DNA of 45,701 nucleotides from Pseudomonadota bacterium (lineage in GTDB: Bacteria; Pseudomonadota; Gammaproteobacteria; Pseudomonadales; JAXHSS01): contig JAXHSS010000003.1 of assembly GCA_034190675.1 (NCBI GenBank), positions 1-45,701 of the forward strand. The letters are read 5' to 3'. This document shows, piece after piece, positions 36,428 through 45,701 of this stretch. Positions within the stretch are counted from its first letter, which is position 1. The number at the start of each line of letters is the position of its first letter. The position numbers and the translations under genes are program-made. The notes under the pieces are model-generated. The model did not search any database. It worked only from the letters and a program-made list of their open reading frames with translations, and was not told the DNA's origin.

Positions 36428-37744
36428 ATGACGAACACGAACGAATTTTCAAAACGCCGCGAGGAGTTATTGCGATCACTGGGCAAAAACAGCATCGCTG
36501 TTATTCCCTCTGCGCAAATGACATTGCGTAACCGCGACGTAGAGCACGAATTTCGCCAAGACAGCGACTTTTTCTATTTAACTGGCTTTGAAGAGCCCAA
36601 TGCCATGTTGGTGCTTGCGCCCAATCGCAAACATGGTGAAACCATCATGTTCTGCCAGGAGCGCAACCCTGAGATCGAGCTATGGACGGGCAAGCGCATG
36701 GGCCCTGAAAACGCGACTGCTCAACTCGGTGTTGATGATGCCTTTCCGATCGACGATGTCGATGACATTTTGCCCGGACTGATCGAAAACAAGAAAAAGC
36801 TGTTTTTCACCTTGGGGCAAAACGAGCAACAAGATAAGCGCCTAATCACCTATTTAAACAAGGCGAAAGAGCAAGCTCGCAGTGAAACAGGCGCACCACA
36901 GAAACTGATCAACCTCAGCACCTTATTGCATGAAATGCGCCTGCATAAAAGCGCCAATGAAATCGCCAAAATGCGCAAGGCAGCTAAGATCACTGCCTTG
37001 GCTCATGCCCATGCCATGAAAAACTGCCACCGTGTTAAATACGAATACCAGCTTGAGGCAATGATCAATTATTCCTTCGCGATGAACGGCGCTAAGCGCA
37101 GCGCCTATCCTGCGATTGTTGGCTCGGGTGAAAATGGCTGTATTTTGCATTATACCGAAAACCGAGCGCCGCTAACCTCAGGTGATCTTGTATTAATCGA
37201 TGCGGGCTGCGAGTTTGACTATTATGCCGCCGACATCACTCGAACGTTTCCTGTGAGCGGAAAATTTAGCCCAGAGCAGCAAGCGCTTTATGAGCTAACA
37301 CTTGAGGCTCAAAAAGCCGCTATAGCCGCAATTAAGCCTGGCGCCAGCTGGCATGGCTTCCATGAGGTCGCCACTGAAACGATCACCCAAGGGCTTATTG
37401 ACCTTGGCTTATTGTCCGGCAGCCTTTCTGAAAACCTTGAAAGCGAGCGCTACAAAGCGTTTTTCATGCATAAAACAGGCCACTGGCTGGGTATGGATGT
37501 ACATGATGTGGGCGACTATAAGATTGACCAAGAGTGGCGTGTCCTTGAAAAAGGCATGGCCATGACGGTAGAGCCTGGCATTTATGTTGCGCCAAACAAC
37601 CTAGCTGTTGACGAAAAATGGCGCGGCATTGGCATCCGCATTGAAGACGATGTTGTTGTTAATAAATCTAGCTGTGAAGTCCTAACCGCTGATGCCCCCA
37701 AAGAAGTGGCTGAAATCGAAGCCTTAATGCAAAGCCTACGCTGA
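36428..37744 (+). CDS. pepP: Xaa-Pro aminopeptidase
   Basis: Metal-ligand motifs are LIDAGCEFDYYAADITRT, HWLGMDVHD, EPGIY and IRIEDD. I chose the start at ATG 36428; the track's 36323 would overlap ygfB. Confidence 0.93.
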   Translation: MTNTNEFSKRREELLRSLGKNSIAVIPSAQMTLRNRDVEHEFRQDSDFFYLTGFEEPNAMLVLAPNRKHGETIMFCQERNPEIELWTGKRMGPENATAQLGVDDAFPIDDVDDILPGLIENKKKLFFTLGQNEQQDKRLITYLNKAKEQARSETGAPQKLINLSTLLHEMRLHKSANEIAKMRKAAKITALAHAHAMKNCHRVKYEYQLEAMINYSFAMNGAKRSAYPAIVGSGENGCILHYTENRAPLTSGDLVLIDAGCEFDYYAADITRTFPVSGKFSPEQQALYELTLEAQKAAIAAIKPGASWHGFHEVATETITQGLIDLGLLSGSLSENLESERYKAFFMHKTGHWLGMDVHDVGDYKIDQEWRVLEKGMAMTVEPGIYVAPNNLAVDEKWRGIGIRIEDDVVVNKSSCEVLTADAPKEVAEIEALMQSLR

Positions 37745-37751
37745 GACATTT

Positions 37752-38981
37752 ATGACCTCTACTGCAGACACCAAAGACCAGCAAACCAGCTCATTAGAGA
37801 CCGATATTGTCATTATCGGCTCAGGTTTGGCGGGTTTGTGTTTTGCAGCTACGTTAGCCGAGCATAGCGAGAAGCGTGTCACCTTGATCGAGCGAAGGGC
37901 GCTTAGCCAACTTCCTGAGTCAGACATTGATTCGCGCACTGTTGCTTTATCTTCCACCACCGTTAGCCTTTTTAAAGAGATCAGGATCTGGCCTTTGTTG
38001 GCTGAAAAAACAAACCCAGTTTGGACCATTCATGTCAGTAGCGAAGGGCGTTTTGGTTCGTCCATTATGGAGCCGCCGGCGCAGAATCAGCAACAACCTC
38101 TGGGCTATGTCACCACCTACGCTGCACTAAGCAATGCATTGTTAGCTAAGCTTAGCGAGTCTCAGCATTGCCAATTGCTGGATAGCGCCATCGTTGGCTC
38201 TGCAAACTCTATCACACAAACCACCTCAGGGTGGCAGCTTCAAGTAACAACAGAGCAAGGTGATTGCACCATTGATACTCGCTTGTTGATCGGCTCTGAC
38301 GGTGCTCAATCGGCCTTACGTGATTTTTGGCGCTTTTCAGTGGATGAACACGATTACCAACTCGATGGTCTTGTCTGCTCGCTGCACTGCGAAGCAGACA
38401 ACCAAAACACGGCTTATGAGCGCTTTATGGACCAAGGCTTGGCCGCTTTATTACCACAAAATGATCACCACTTTGGCCTTGCCTGGGCTTTGCCGCGTGA
38501 CTCAGAGCTGTTTCATGCCAGCCCCGAACAGCTTGCCAAAGAAGTGCAGCGCCACGTAGGCTGGCGAGCAGGTCGTCTTAGTGTGGTAAGCTCGGTTGCT
38601 CGCTTTCCGCTAAAGCGCACTTTGGCGAATGACTGGCATTTGCGCAATGGCTTCTTGCTGGGCAATAGTCAGCACTCACTTCATCCCGTTGCTGGTCAGG
38701 GCTTTAATCTAAGCGCTCGCGATGCACACAGCCTGGCTAAATTATGCATTGAGCATGATCTCGACTATCAGCATATTTTGCCTGCCTACCAAAAAGTCCG
38801 AGAACAGGACCACCAGCGGACGGTGACACTGTCTCACCAATTACCCAAATTATTTAATTATCGAAACCCATTGGTCGGTCTGTCGCGTCAATTAGGCTTA
38901 TTGGCCTTTGACAGCATGCCCGCAATTGCGAAATCATGGTTTGTTCAACAAGCCATGGGGCAACACGCAAAACGCTTATGA
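37752..38981 (+). CDS. ubiH: FAD-dependent ubiquinone biosynthesis hydroxylase (2-octaprenyl-6-methoxyphenol hydroxylase)
   Basis: FAD motif IVIIGSGLAGL and the motifs GSDGAQS and HPVAGQGFNL. Its position after pepP matches the E. coli order. Confidence 0.82.
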   Translation: MTSTADTKDQQTSSLETDIVIIGSGLAGLCFAATLAEHSEKRVTLIERRALSQLPESDIDSRTVALSSTTVSLFKEIRIWPLLAEKTNPVWTIHVSSEGRFGSSIMEPPAQNQQQPLGYVTTYAALSNALLAKLSESQHCQLLDSAIVGSANSITQTTSGWQLQVTTEQGDCTIDTRLLIGSDGAQSALRDFWRFSVDEHDYQLDGLVCSLHCEADNQNTAYERFMDQGLAALLPQNDHHFGLAWALPRDSELFHASPEQLAKEVQRHVGWRAGRLSVVSSVARFPLKRTLANDWHLRNGFLLGNSQHSLHPVAGQGFNLSARDAHSLAKLCIEHDLDYQHILPAYQKVREQDHQRTVTLSHQLPKLFNYRNPLVGLSRQLGLLAFDSMPAIAKSWFVQQAMGQHAKRL

Positions 38982-40219
38982 TTAAGACATACGATATCGC
39001 CATTGTCGGCGCAGGCATGGTTGGTCAAACACTGGCACTTCTGCTTGCAGAGCACGGTTTTTCGATCGCGCTCATTGAAAAAAACAGTAAACCCAACGCG
39101 GCGAAAGCAGCGACAGACATTAACGATTTTGCAAATCGAGTGAGCGCCATCACCCCTTATTCCGAGTTTTTACTCAACAAGGTTAATGCTTGGGCCACCA
39201 TTGAGCGCCAGCGCCTTTGTCGTTATGAGCGCATGACCGTTTGGGAAGAAAATGGCACCGCAACACTCGACTTTCAGGCTCATGATATTGCTAGTGACCA
39301 CTTGGGCACCATCATTGAAAATCCGATTATCGTGTATGCCTTATTTGAGCAATGCGAAGCCAACCGTCAGATTGACCTCTACTTAGATGCCCAAATTGAG
39401 AAGATTCACAATACAGAAACAGGCTGTAGTGTTCAGCTTCAAAACCAGCCCATTGTTCACGCTGATCTTCTTGTCGGCTCAGACGGCGCGCTTTCTTGGG
39501 TTCGTAAGCACTTACATATCCCGACAACAGAAAACCATTTAGGTCAAATGGCCATCGTAGCGACCATTAAAACGGAGCAGCCACATCAAGCGGTTGCTTT
39601 GCAGCGCTTTACGAATCAAGGGGCGCTTGCGTTTTTGCCGTTAAGAGACGAACAAACACAGCAATATGCTCATTCTATTGTTTGGTCATGCCCTTTGAAT
39701 ACGGCCAATGAATGGTTAGCCGCAGGTGAGTCGGCTTTTGTGCACCAGCTACAGAAACACTGCCCGCCAGAGCTTGGCAACATCACTGAATGCTCATCAC
39801 TACAGGCCTTTCCGCTCATTGCGCGTCACGCAGAACATTACGTACAACAGCGTGCTGTGCTGATTGGCGATGCTGCACACACGGTACACCCGTTAGCAGG
39901 TCAGGGCGTCAACCTAGGCTTTCTCGATGCGGCCGCTTTGGCAGAAGAGCTTATTAAAAGCAAAACCAAGGGCATCGAATGGCAGCAGCCGCTCGTGCTC
40001 GCACGCTTTGAACGACGCCGCCGCTGGCATAATCAGCTCATGCAAAAAAGTTTTAACGGGCTCAATCAGCTCTATTTAGTGCAAAACCCCGTGCTAACCC
40101 TACTGCGTAATCAAGGCGTTAGCCTCGTGAATCGTTTTGAGCCAATAAAACGCATTTTGTCGCTGACCGCAATTGGCAAAACCGGTGACTTGCCTTTTGA
40201 ACAAGAGTGGCAGCAATAA
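38978..40219 (+). CDS. ubiI: FAD-dependent ubiquinone biosynthesis hydroxylase (UbiI/VisC-like)
   Basis: Motifs IAIVGAGMVG, GSDGALS and HPLAGQGVNLG. The ATG at 38978 overlaps the ubiH stop (ATGA). The UbiI versus UbiF/UbiH-paralogue assignment rests on gene order only. Confidence 0.75.
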   Translation: MIKTYDIAIVGAGMVGQTLALLLAEHGFSIALIEKNSKPNAAKAATDINDFANRVSAITPYSEFLLNKVNAWATIERQRLCRYERMTVWEENGTATLDFQAHDIASDHLGTIIENPIIVYALFEQCEANRQIDLYLDAQIEKIHNTETGCSVQLQNQPIVHADLLVGSDGALSWVRKHLHIPTTENHLGQMAIVATIKTEQPHQAVALQRFTNQGALAFLPLRDEQTQQYAHSIVWSCPLNTANEWLAAGESAFVHQLQKHCPPELGNITECSSLQAFPLIARHAEHYVQQRAVLIGDAAHTVHPLAGQGVNLGFLDAAALAEELIKSKTKGIEWQQPLVLARFERRRRWHNQLMQKSFNGLNQLYLVQNPVLTLLRNQGVSLVNRFEPIKRILSLTAIGKTGDLPFEQEWQQ

Positions 40220-40231
40220 TTTTTAAAAGCC

Positions 40232-40268
40232 AAAAAAAAGCCCGCTGGATCATCCATGCGGGCTTCTT
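40232..40268. terminator. Bidirectional terminator between ubiI and FadL gene
   Basis: The hairpin is aaaaaaaagcccgc-tggatcatccat-gcgggcttctt. Confidence 0.65.
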
Positions 40269-40296
40269 CACGAAATTTTGCACTATTTCAGCAAGA

Positions 40297-41646
40297 CTAA
40301 AAGCGCCAGTTAAGCTGCGCGCCCAGCAAATGAGCTGAACTATCAAACTTACCGATTAGCACCTCTTGTGTCGGAGATACATTTTCTGTTTTCGCAGATG
40401 CTGACTGGATATAAGTATAACCAAAATCTAAGTCAACGTTTTCAAAAGCTAAATAATTCATACCAAAAGACAGCCAGGTTCGGTCTGAATCAGGCACGCG
40501 TGGTGAACGATATTGATCTTCTGTGATAGGGCTTTCATCAAAAGCCATACCAAATCGGAATCGTGCTTTAGGGGTCACTTGATATTCCAAACCAGCCGCT
40601 ATTCGATAAGTATCCTTCCAGTTCTGCGGCAGCACAGTATCTCTTTGATTCGAGTCATACTGAATAACAAAGCGCTCAATCGAAGACCAGCCCATCCATG
40701 AGTAATCAACCATAAGATCAACAGACTGGCTTAAACTCAACATTAATGCGATTGAGAAAGACTCGGGCAGATCCAAATCCAATTGGGCTGGAGCATTAAT
40801 AAAAGCGCCTGTTGCTACTAATGGATTATCACCACTGGTATCACTAAATTCGACCTTTCCTTCCAAATCATGGAATACTGCAGATCGATAGTCAACCGCC
40901 AATCGAAGACTTTGTAGAGGCTGGAATGTAGCTCCTATGTTCCAGCCAGCCGACCATGAATCTCCCGTTAACTTTTGCTCACCCTCTTCACCAGCAACAG
41001 GCGCGCAAGCAGCAACTGCGTCGGAATAGGCACTACCCAAATCAACTAATGTGCTTATACAAGCCAAATAGCTATTAAATGCAGAAGTTAAACTAGCGTC
41101 CGCGTATTGCAAGCTAAAGCCAAAGCCAAGATTTAATGAATCAAGCACTTTCACAGCCAGCGCTGGATTAATATTATAAGCTGTAATTTTTGAATCCGTT
41201 GAATGAAATCGACCAACCCATGAATTGTCGTAACTCGTTCTCGAAGCAAAGGGCGTATTAAATGAAATACCATAAGCCAGAGACTCACTGATCGGAGTCG
41301 CCATATACAAACTTGGCACTAAATAAAGGCTTGATAAATCAGCGCCACCCTCTCCCTCAATCGGCTGACCTGTGGCATATTGACTACCATCATTAGTGAA
41401 CTCTATATCTGGCATGATAACCTGCCCGCCAAAGGTAATCGTCGCCTTTTTTATATCCGCTAATGTTGCTGGGTTTGCAAACTGATTACTTGCGTCATAG
41501 CCAAAAACAGAAGCGCTTGCGTTTGCAGTACCTAGTCCCGAAGTCGACAACGATTGTGACTCAAAACCCGCCGCATAAACTGGGTTCGACAGTACAAAAA
41601 AGAAAAGACCATTGGCCAATAAAGCCCAAAAACTTTGTCGCTTCAT
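40297..41646 (-). CDS. FadL/OMPP1/TodX-family outer-membrane hydrophobic-compound transporter (copy 1)
   Basis: The signal peptide ends VYA|AGFE. The N-terminal hatch is AGFESQSLSTSGLGTANA and the C-terminus is GAQLNWRF. ATG 41646 has GGAGG 6 nt upstream. Confidence 0.85.
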   Translation of the reverse strand: MKRQSFWALLANGLFFFVLSNPVYAAGFESQSLSTSGLGTANASASVFGYDASNQFANPATLADIKKATITFGGQVIMPDIEFTNDGSQYATGQPIEGEGGADLSSLYLVPSLYMATPISESLAYGISFNTPFASRTSYDNSWVGRFHSTDSKITAYNINPALAVKVLDSLNLGFGFSLQYADASLTSAFNSYLACISTLVDLGSAYSDAVAACAPVAGEEGEQKLTGDSWSAGWNIGATFQPLQSLRLAVDYRSAVFHDLEGKVEFSDTSGDNPLVATGAFINAPAQLDLDLPESFSIALMLSLSQSVDLMVDYSWMGWSSIERFVIQYDSNQRDTVLPQNWKDTYRIAAGLEYQVTPKARFRFGMAFDESPITEDQYRSPRVPDSDRTWLSFGMNYLAFENVDLDFGYTYIQSASAKTENVSPTQEVLIGKFDSSAHLLGAQLNWRF

Positions 41647-41715
41647 CAAAAACCTCCAAAAACATCATAACTATTCTAATTGCAGCACCTACAAAATTAT
41701 AGCTCTTTATCACGC

Positions 41716-41741
41716 ACAAAAAAGCCCGCCGAAGCGGGCTG
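41716..41741 (-). terminator. Intrinsic terminator after FadL copy 2
   Basis: On the minus strand the hairpin is agcccgc-ttcg-gcgggct followed by TTTTTTG. Confidence 0.7.
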
Positions 41742-41758
41742 GATTCAAGGACCTCAGC

Positions 41759-43123
41759 TTAAAAGCGCCAGTTGAGTTGAGCCCCTAGAATATCGGCAGA
41801 GTTATTATAATTACCCTGCAACACGTCATTCGTTGGGCTTACATTTGCTGTCTGTGTGCCATTGATAAAGACGTGGGTATAACCCAAATCTAGATCCATT
41901 GACTCTGAAAGCTGGCTAGACCAACCCACGGACAACCAAACACGATCCGAATCAGGAATTCGCGGCGAGCGATACTCTGAGTTCGGCACAGGTGTTTCAT
42001 CAAATGCGATACCCATTTTCCACGCCGATGCGCTCGAATAACGGTGCTCAAAACCTGCCGCAAAGCGGAACGCATCTTCCCAGTTTTGTGGAAGTGCAGT
42101 GTCATCCTGCTCTGAGTCATAGTCCACGACTAACTCATCAAAGCTAGACCAACCCATCCACGATACATCCAACATCAAGTCCGTGTTCGGGCCTACCGCC
42201 GTCATCATCGCGACAGATAGCGACTGAGGCAGGTCAACGCCTAAACTGGCCGATGTTGTTACTAACTGAGTTCCATTTGCAGTTAGGTTTGGTGCAATCC
42301 CCGTAAATGATGCCGTACCATCAAGGTCATGCTTCACCTCCGAGCGATAATCAAATGCTAAGCGTGTGCTCGGCGCCACCTGAAAAATCGCGCCAACATT
42401 CCAGCCATAGGCCCAAGAATCACCCGTTAGCTTCTGCTGACCATCAACACCGACAAGTGGTGCACAGTTTGTAGCAGCAGCTTCAACAACAGCAGGAGTT
42501 ACGGGATCAGACTGCGCTAGGGCTCCATTAAAACAAACCGAATATTGGTTTACCGCTGATTCAAGCGTTGCATCAATCATTTGAGCACTAACACCAAAAC
42601 CTAATGACACTGAATCACTGACCTTGAAGCTAAGCGCTGGGTTAATGTTATAGGTGACAATTTCCGAGTTCGTTGTATGATAACGACCAACCCAGTCATC
42701 ATCATATTCAGTTTTTGAAGCAAACGGCGTATTAACAGACAAGCCAATAGCGACGCTATCACTCATCGGCAAAGCCAAATACAGGCTGGGTACAAAGCTG
42801 ATTAAGAAATCATCAACGTTACCTTCACCAGGAATAGGGGCGCCGAATGCATTTTCTGTACCTTGGTCACTAAAATCGAGTTGCGCAACGATTAACTGAC
42901 CGCCTAACGAGAGCGTGGGCTGTTTAATATCACTCAATGTCGCTGGGTTCGCAAACTGATTAGTCGCATCGCTCCCATAGACCGAAATGCCCGCATTGGC
43001 CGTGCCCATCGCAGACGTCGACAATGACTGAGATTCAAAACCTGCCGCATGAGCAGGCGCATGAATCGAAAGCGCAACGGCTGCCGCCATGCTAGTCGCC
43101 ACAAAAAATTTAATTGTTTTCAT
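41759..43123 (-). CDS. FadL/OMPP1/TodX-family outer-membrane transporter (copy 2)
   Basis: It shares the hatch motif (AAGFESQSLSTSAMGTANA) and the end motif (GAQLNWRF) with copy 1. ATG 43123 has GGAG 7 nt upstream. Confidence 0.85.
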   Translation of the reverse strand: MKTIKFFVATSMAAAVALSIHAPAHAAGFESQSLSTSAMGTANAGISVYGSDATNQFANPATLSDIKQPTLSLGGQLIVAQLDFSDQGTENAFGAPIPGEGNVDDFLISFVPSLYLALPMSDSVAIGLSVNTPFASKTEYDDDWVGRYHTTNSEIVTYNINPALSFKVSDSVSLGFGVSAQMIDATLESAVNQYSVCFNGALAQSDPVTPAVVEAAATNCAPLVGVDGQQKLTGDSWAYGWNVGAIFQVAPSTRLAFDYRSEVKHDLDGTASFTGIAPNLTANGTQLVTTSASLGVDLPQSLSVAMMTAVGPNTDLMLDVSWMGWSSFDELVVDYDSEQDDTALPQNWEDAFRFAAGFEHRYSSASAWKMGIAFDETPVPNSEYRSPRIPDSDRVWLSVGWSSQLSESMDLDLGYTHVFINGTQTANVSPTNDVLQGNYNNSADILGAQLNWRF

Positions 43124-43266
43124 CGTGAGTCTCCTCGACATAAGACAAGTTACATTGTAAGTCTAAGTTTGTAGCAGCGACACCACAAAGCGAGCGTGAA
43201 AACCAAAGCCATACAAACAATAAAGAATCCGCTAAACTAGCGCACATAAAAAAACAGGACAAATCC

Positions 43267-44133
43267 ATGCAAAGCATGACCGCCTTCGCCCGCGAACAAC
43301 AACAAAACGACCAGATTCAACTCAACTGGGAAATAAAAAGCGTTAATAGCCGCTATTTAGAACTCAACTTTCGACTTCCTGACGGCTTTCGAGAGCTAGA
43401 GCCTTGGCTTCGCAGCCAACTGCAAACCCAACTCAGTCGTGGCAAAGTCGATATTTCGCTGCGTTACCAACTGTTCGACAGCCAAAAAAGCGATATGCTC
43501 AGCATCAACCGCGGGCTGATCGAGCGCTACCTAGCAGAAATGCAAAGCCTTGGGCTCGATAGCAAAAACATCGATGCCACCGCACTGCTGAAGCTTCCCG
43601 AAGTCCTTAGCTTTGAAGCCAGCGACCTTAGCGAACACCACACACTCGCGAAAAACAGCTTTAACGCCGCAATTGAACAGCTCAAAGCCATGCGCGGCAA
43701 CGAAGGAAACCGTTTAGCAGAAATGATCCGCACTCGGCTTACCGATGTCGAAGACGTGCTCAGCCATGTCGCTTCGGCCCTGCCTGACATCAAAAACAAC
43801 CTAAAAACCAAACTTGAAAACAAGCTAGCCGAGCTGAGCGAAAGTACTCAAAGCGTCAGCCCAGAACGACTCGAACAAGAGCTTATTATGTATGCTCAAC
43901 GCATGGATATTGACGAAGAGCTCGACCGACTGCACTCGCATATCGCTGAAGTTCGTCAACTGCTTGACTCAGGCAAACCCATTGGCCGCCGCCTCGATTT
44001 TCTAATGCAAGAATTTAATCGCGAAGCAAATACCCTAGGCTCAAAAGCCGCTGGCATCTCAATGACGCGTGGCGCTGTTGACCTCAAAGTGTTGATCGAA
44101 CAAATGCGTGAGCAAGTACAAAATATTGAGTAG
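43267..44133 (+). CDS. YicC-family stress-induced protein
   Basis: It starts MQSMTAFAR and has the C-terminal motif GRRLDFLMQEFNREANTLGSKA. Length is 288 aa. Confidence 0.85.
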   Translation: MQSMTAFAREQQQNDQIQLNWEIKSVNSRYLELNFRLPDGFRELEPWLRSQLQTQLSRGKVDISLRYQLFDSQKSDMLSINRGLIERYLAEMQSLGLDSKNIDATALLKLPEVLSFEASDLSEHHTLAKNSFNAAIEQLKAMRGNEGNRLAEMIRTRLTDVEDVLSHVASALPDIKNNLKTKLENKLAELSESTQSVSPERLEQELIMYAQRMDIDEELDRLHSHIAEVRQLLDSGKPIGRRLDFLMQEFNREANTLGSKAAGISMTRGAVDLKVLIEQMREQVQNIE

Positions 44134-44221
44134 CCATTGTCCAGCATGGCGCCTTAAGCAATCAGTATATTCACTGCAGTTGGCGGCCAATTCAAGCCGG
44201 CGCTATGATCGATTTAGGCGA

Positions 44222-44848
44222 TTACGGCTGAGCCAAAATGGAATTTACATCAAACTTGATAGGCGCATCTAACAATGCGGCATCTCTTTGCTGTTCATCT
44301 TCAACGCTCAGAAAAGATGACATCGGCGTGCGCAAATGTGGCAGCAATGCAAAATATGTCGTGTTAGCGACGATAGAGCCAAGATAATACGACTGACCAC
44401 CTTCTACCGTAAACGACAGATTAAGCGGCTCTTCATTAACGTAGCGGCGCTCTTCTGCGCGGTTTACTGAGCTAGGATTGCCCGCACGCGTGAAGGTGAA
44501 GCCTGAGACTTCATATTCACCAGGGGCGAGCTCTAATAGGTACACCTCGCCTTGGCGAGTATCGTTATTGATGAGCGGCTCATTGAATACGCTTTTTCTT
44601 GATGCCTGTAGCGTGATGGTTTCACCTGTTGCCAATTGCGTGATCGCCAGTGAATGCTGGTCATAAAAGCTTTCGTTTTCTGCTTGTTTTTCGGCATTTA
44701 ATACAAAGCTGATAAGCACGGTGGCCGGGTTGCTTACGCCTTGTGAGGCACTCAGTTTCGTGACGCCATCGCTGCTGGGTTGCAAGCTTTGGCAGCCAGT
44801 GAGCACCAGCGCAAAAATGAATGAGGTAAAAGTTAAGAGCAGACGCAT
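44222..44848 (-). CDS. Lipoprotein of unknown function
   Basis: The signal peptide has the lipobox LTGC. I recognise no family motif. Confidence 0.55.
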   Translation of the reverse strand: MRLLLTFTSFIFALVLTGCQSLQPSSDGVTKLSASQGVSNPATVLISFVLNAEKQAENESFYDQHSLAITQLATGETITLQASRKSVFNEPLINNDTRQGEVYLLELAPGEYEVSGFTFTRAGNPSSVNRAEERRYVNEEPLNLSFTVEGGQSYYLGSIVANTTYFALLPHLRTPMSSFLSVEDEQQRDAALLDAPIKFDVNSILAQP

Positions 44849-44893
44849 GGCAAGTCCTAGATTATTGTCGATAATAAAGACCCCATGCTAGAA

Positions 44894-44929
44894 AGAAAAA
44901 GCCCCGAAAACAAGCGTTTTCAGGGCTTC
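44894..44929 (-). terminator. Intrinsic terminator after tRNA-Leu
   Basis: On the minus strand the hairpin is gaagccctgaaaac-gctt-gttttcggggctt followed by TTTTC. Confidence 0.6.
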
Positions 44930-44960
44930 GTCAGTTTTGGAACGATTAAAGTCCCGTACT

Positions 44961-45046
44961 TGGTGCAGTCGGAGGGACTTGAACCCTCACGAGCGTTGCT
45001 CACTACCCCCTCAAGATAGCGTGTCTACCAATTCCACCACGACTGC
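44961..45046 (-). tRNA. tRNA-Leu (anticodon GAG), long variable arm
   Basis: The minus strand reads GCAGTCGTGGTGGAATTGGTAGACACGCTATCTTGAGGGGGTAGTGAGCAACGCTCGTGAGGGTTCAAGTCCCTCCGACTGCACCA. It lies downstream of secG, as with E. coli leuU. Confidence 0.93.
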
Positions 45047-45064
45047 GTTTTTGGCTGTTTGGAT

Positions 45065-45463
45065 CTAGTCTGGAAGATCCGAGCTGTTATCTGCTGGCAG
45101 ATCAGCTTCTGTGTCTAGGCCTTCAAACTCGAAGCTTGGGACATCTGACGGCTGCGCTTCTTGAGGAAGCTCGTCAATTGTTTCGGCCTGCGGGACAAGC
45201 AAATCATTATTGCTGCCGTCGCCGTAATTATTGTTTGCAAGGTAGGTATATACCAGCATCACCAGGAAAAAGGCGGCGGCTAACCACCAGGTAACACGAG
45301 TAAAAAAGCTGCCAGAGCCTGCGCTACCAAAAAGGCTGCCAGAGCCACCGCCGCCCATATTAAAGCCAGCTTCTGCACCTTTGCCTTGTTGTACTAAGAT
45401 CACAACCACCATCACCACGGCGATGACAACGCTGCTCATGAGTAATATCGATAAAATGTTCAT
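45065..45463 (-). CDS. secG: Preprotein translocase subunit SecG
   Basis: Two TM helices flank the Gly-rich loop QQGKGAEAGFNMGGGGSGSLFG. It has an acidic C-terminal extension. Confidence 0.9.
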   Translation of the reverse strand: MNILSILLMSSVVIAVVMVVVILVQQGKGAEAGFNMGGGGSGSLFGSAGSGSFFTRVTWWLAAAFFLVMLVYTYLANNNYGDGSNNDLLVPQAETIDELPQEAQPSDVPSFEFEGLDTEADLPADNSSDLPD

Positions 45464-45470
45464 CTTGTTC

Positions 45471-45701
45471 TCAGTTAGTCGTTTCTGCGTGCTCTAAGAT
45501 GGCGTTGAAACTTGCGCTGTCTAGCGAAGCACCACCAACAAGGGCACCGTCAATATCTTTCATGCTGAATATCTCAGCTGCATTGTCAGGCTTTACACTG
45601 CCGCCATAAACAATACGGGTTTTTTGAGCAAAAGCTTCACTGCATTCGGCAAGCTTTGCTCGGATAAAGGCATGTGTTTGCTGCGCCATTTCTGGTGTAG
45701 C
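45471..45701 (-). CDS. tpiA: Triosephosphate isomerase, C-terminal part (5' end outside window)
   Basis: Motifs [12 protein letters not shown] and [10 protein letters not shown]. The frame is open to the window edge. Confidence 0.9.
   Translation of the reverse strand, partial: ATPEMAQQTHAFIRAKLAECSEAFAQKTRIVYGGSVKPDNAAEIFSMKDIDGALVGGASLDSASFNAILEHAETTN

Overview
This window is a gammaproteobacterial chromosome segment, with Pseudomonas/Oceanospirillales-like gene order inferred from synteny and not from any search. It is mostly conserved housekeeping genes, interrupted by one accessory island of about 15 kb.

Core genes, left part: serA 3' end, an orphan OmpR-type response regulator, a PTPS-fold protein, an RTX-like/Hint-domain protein, erpA, bactofilin, argC, thiD-thiE-hemL, a MAPEG/ohrR divergent pair, and pnp-rpsO-truB-rbfA-infB-nusA-rimP.

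Core genes, right part: initiator tRNA-fMet, zapA, ygfB-pepP-ubiH-ubiI, two tandem FadL-family porins, yicC, a lipoprotein, tRNA-Leu(GAG), secG and the tpiA 3' end.

The island (19908-34900) lies between rimP and tRNA-fMet. It is bracketed by 224-bp direct repeats (19684-19907 and 34901-35124; I count 5 substitutions by eye). Each repeat contains the last 12 nt of the tRNA plus the tRNA-rimP spacer. I found no integrase or other recombinase in the island.

Island contents:
- Decayed genes: an SDR pseudogene, a histidine-kinase pseudogene, and an IS4-family transposase fragment.
- A 4-repeat DUF4397-like lipoprotein.
- A complete Type I R-M operon (small HTH gene, hsdM, hsdS, hsdR) with a RhuM/Fic-Doc fusion gene translationally coupled between hsdS and hsdR.
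- A small membrane ORF carrying a G11 tract.
- A hipBA-like kinase module preceded by four operator-like repeats.
- An AT-rich lipoprotein esterase.

Most interesting items: the island architecture; the Doc-like gene in the PrrC-like position of the R-M operon; the hipBA operator array next to a G-rich, hairpin-dense intergenic region; and, in the core genome, the RTX-like protein ending in a Hint (bacterial intein-like) domain.

All family assignments come from motifs read in the translations. No database search was run.
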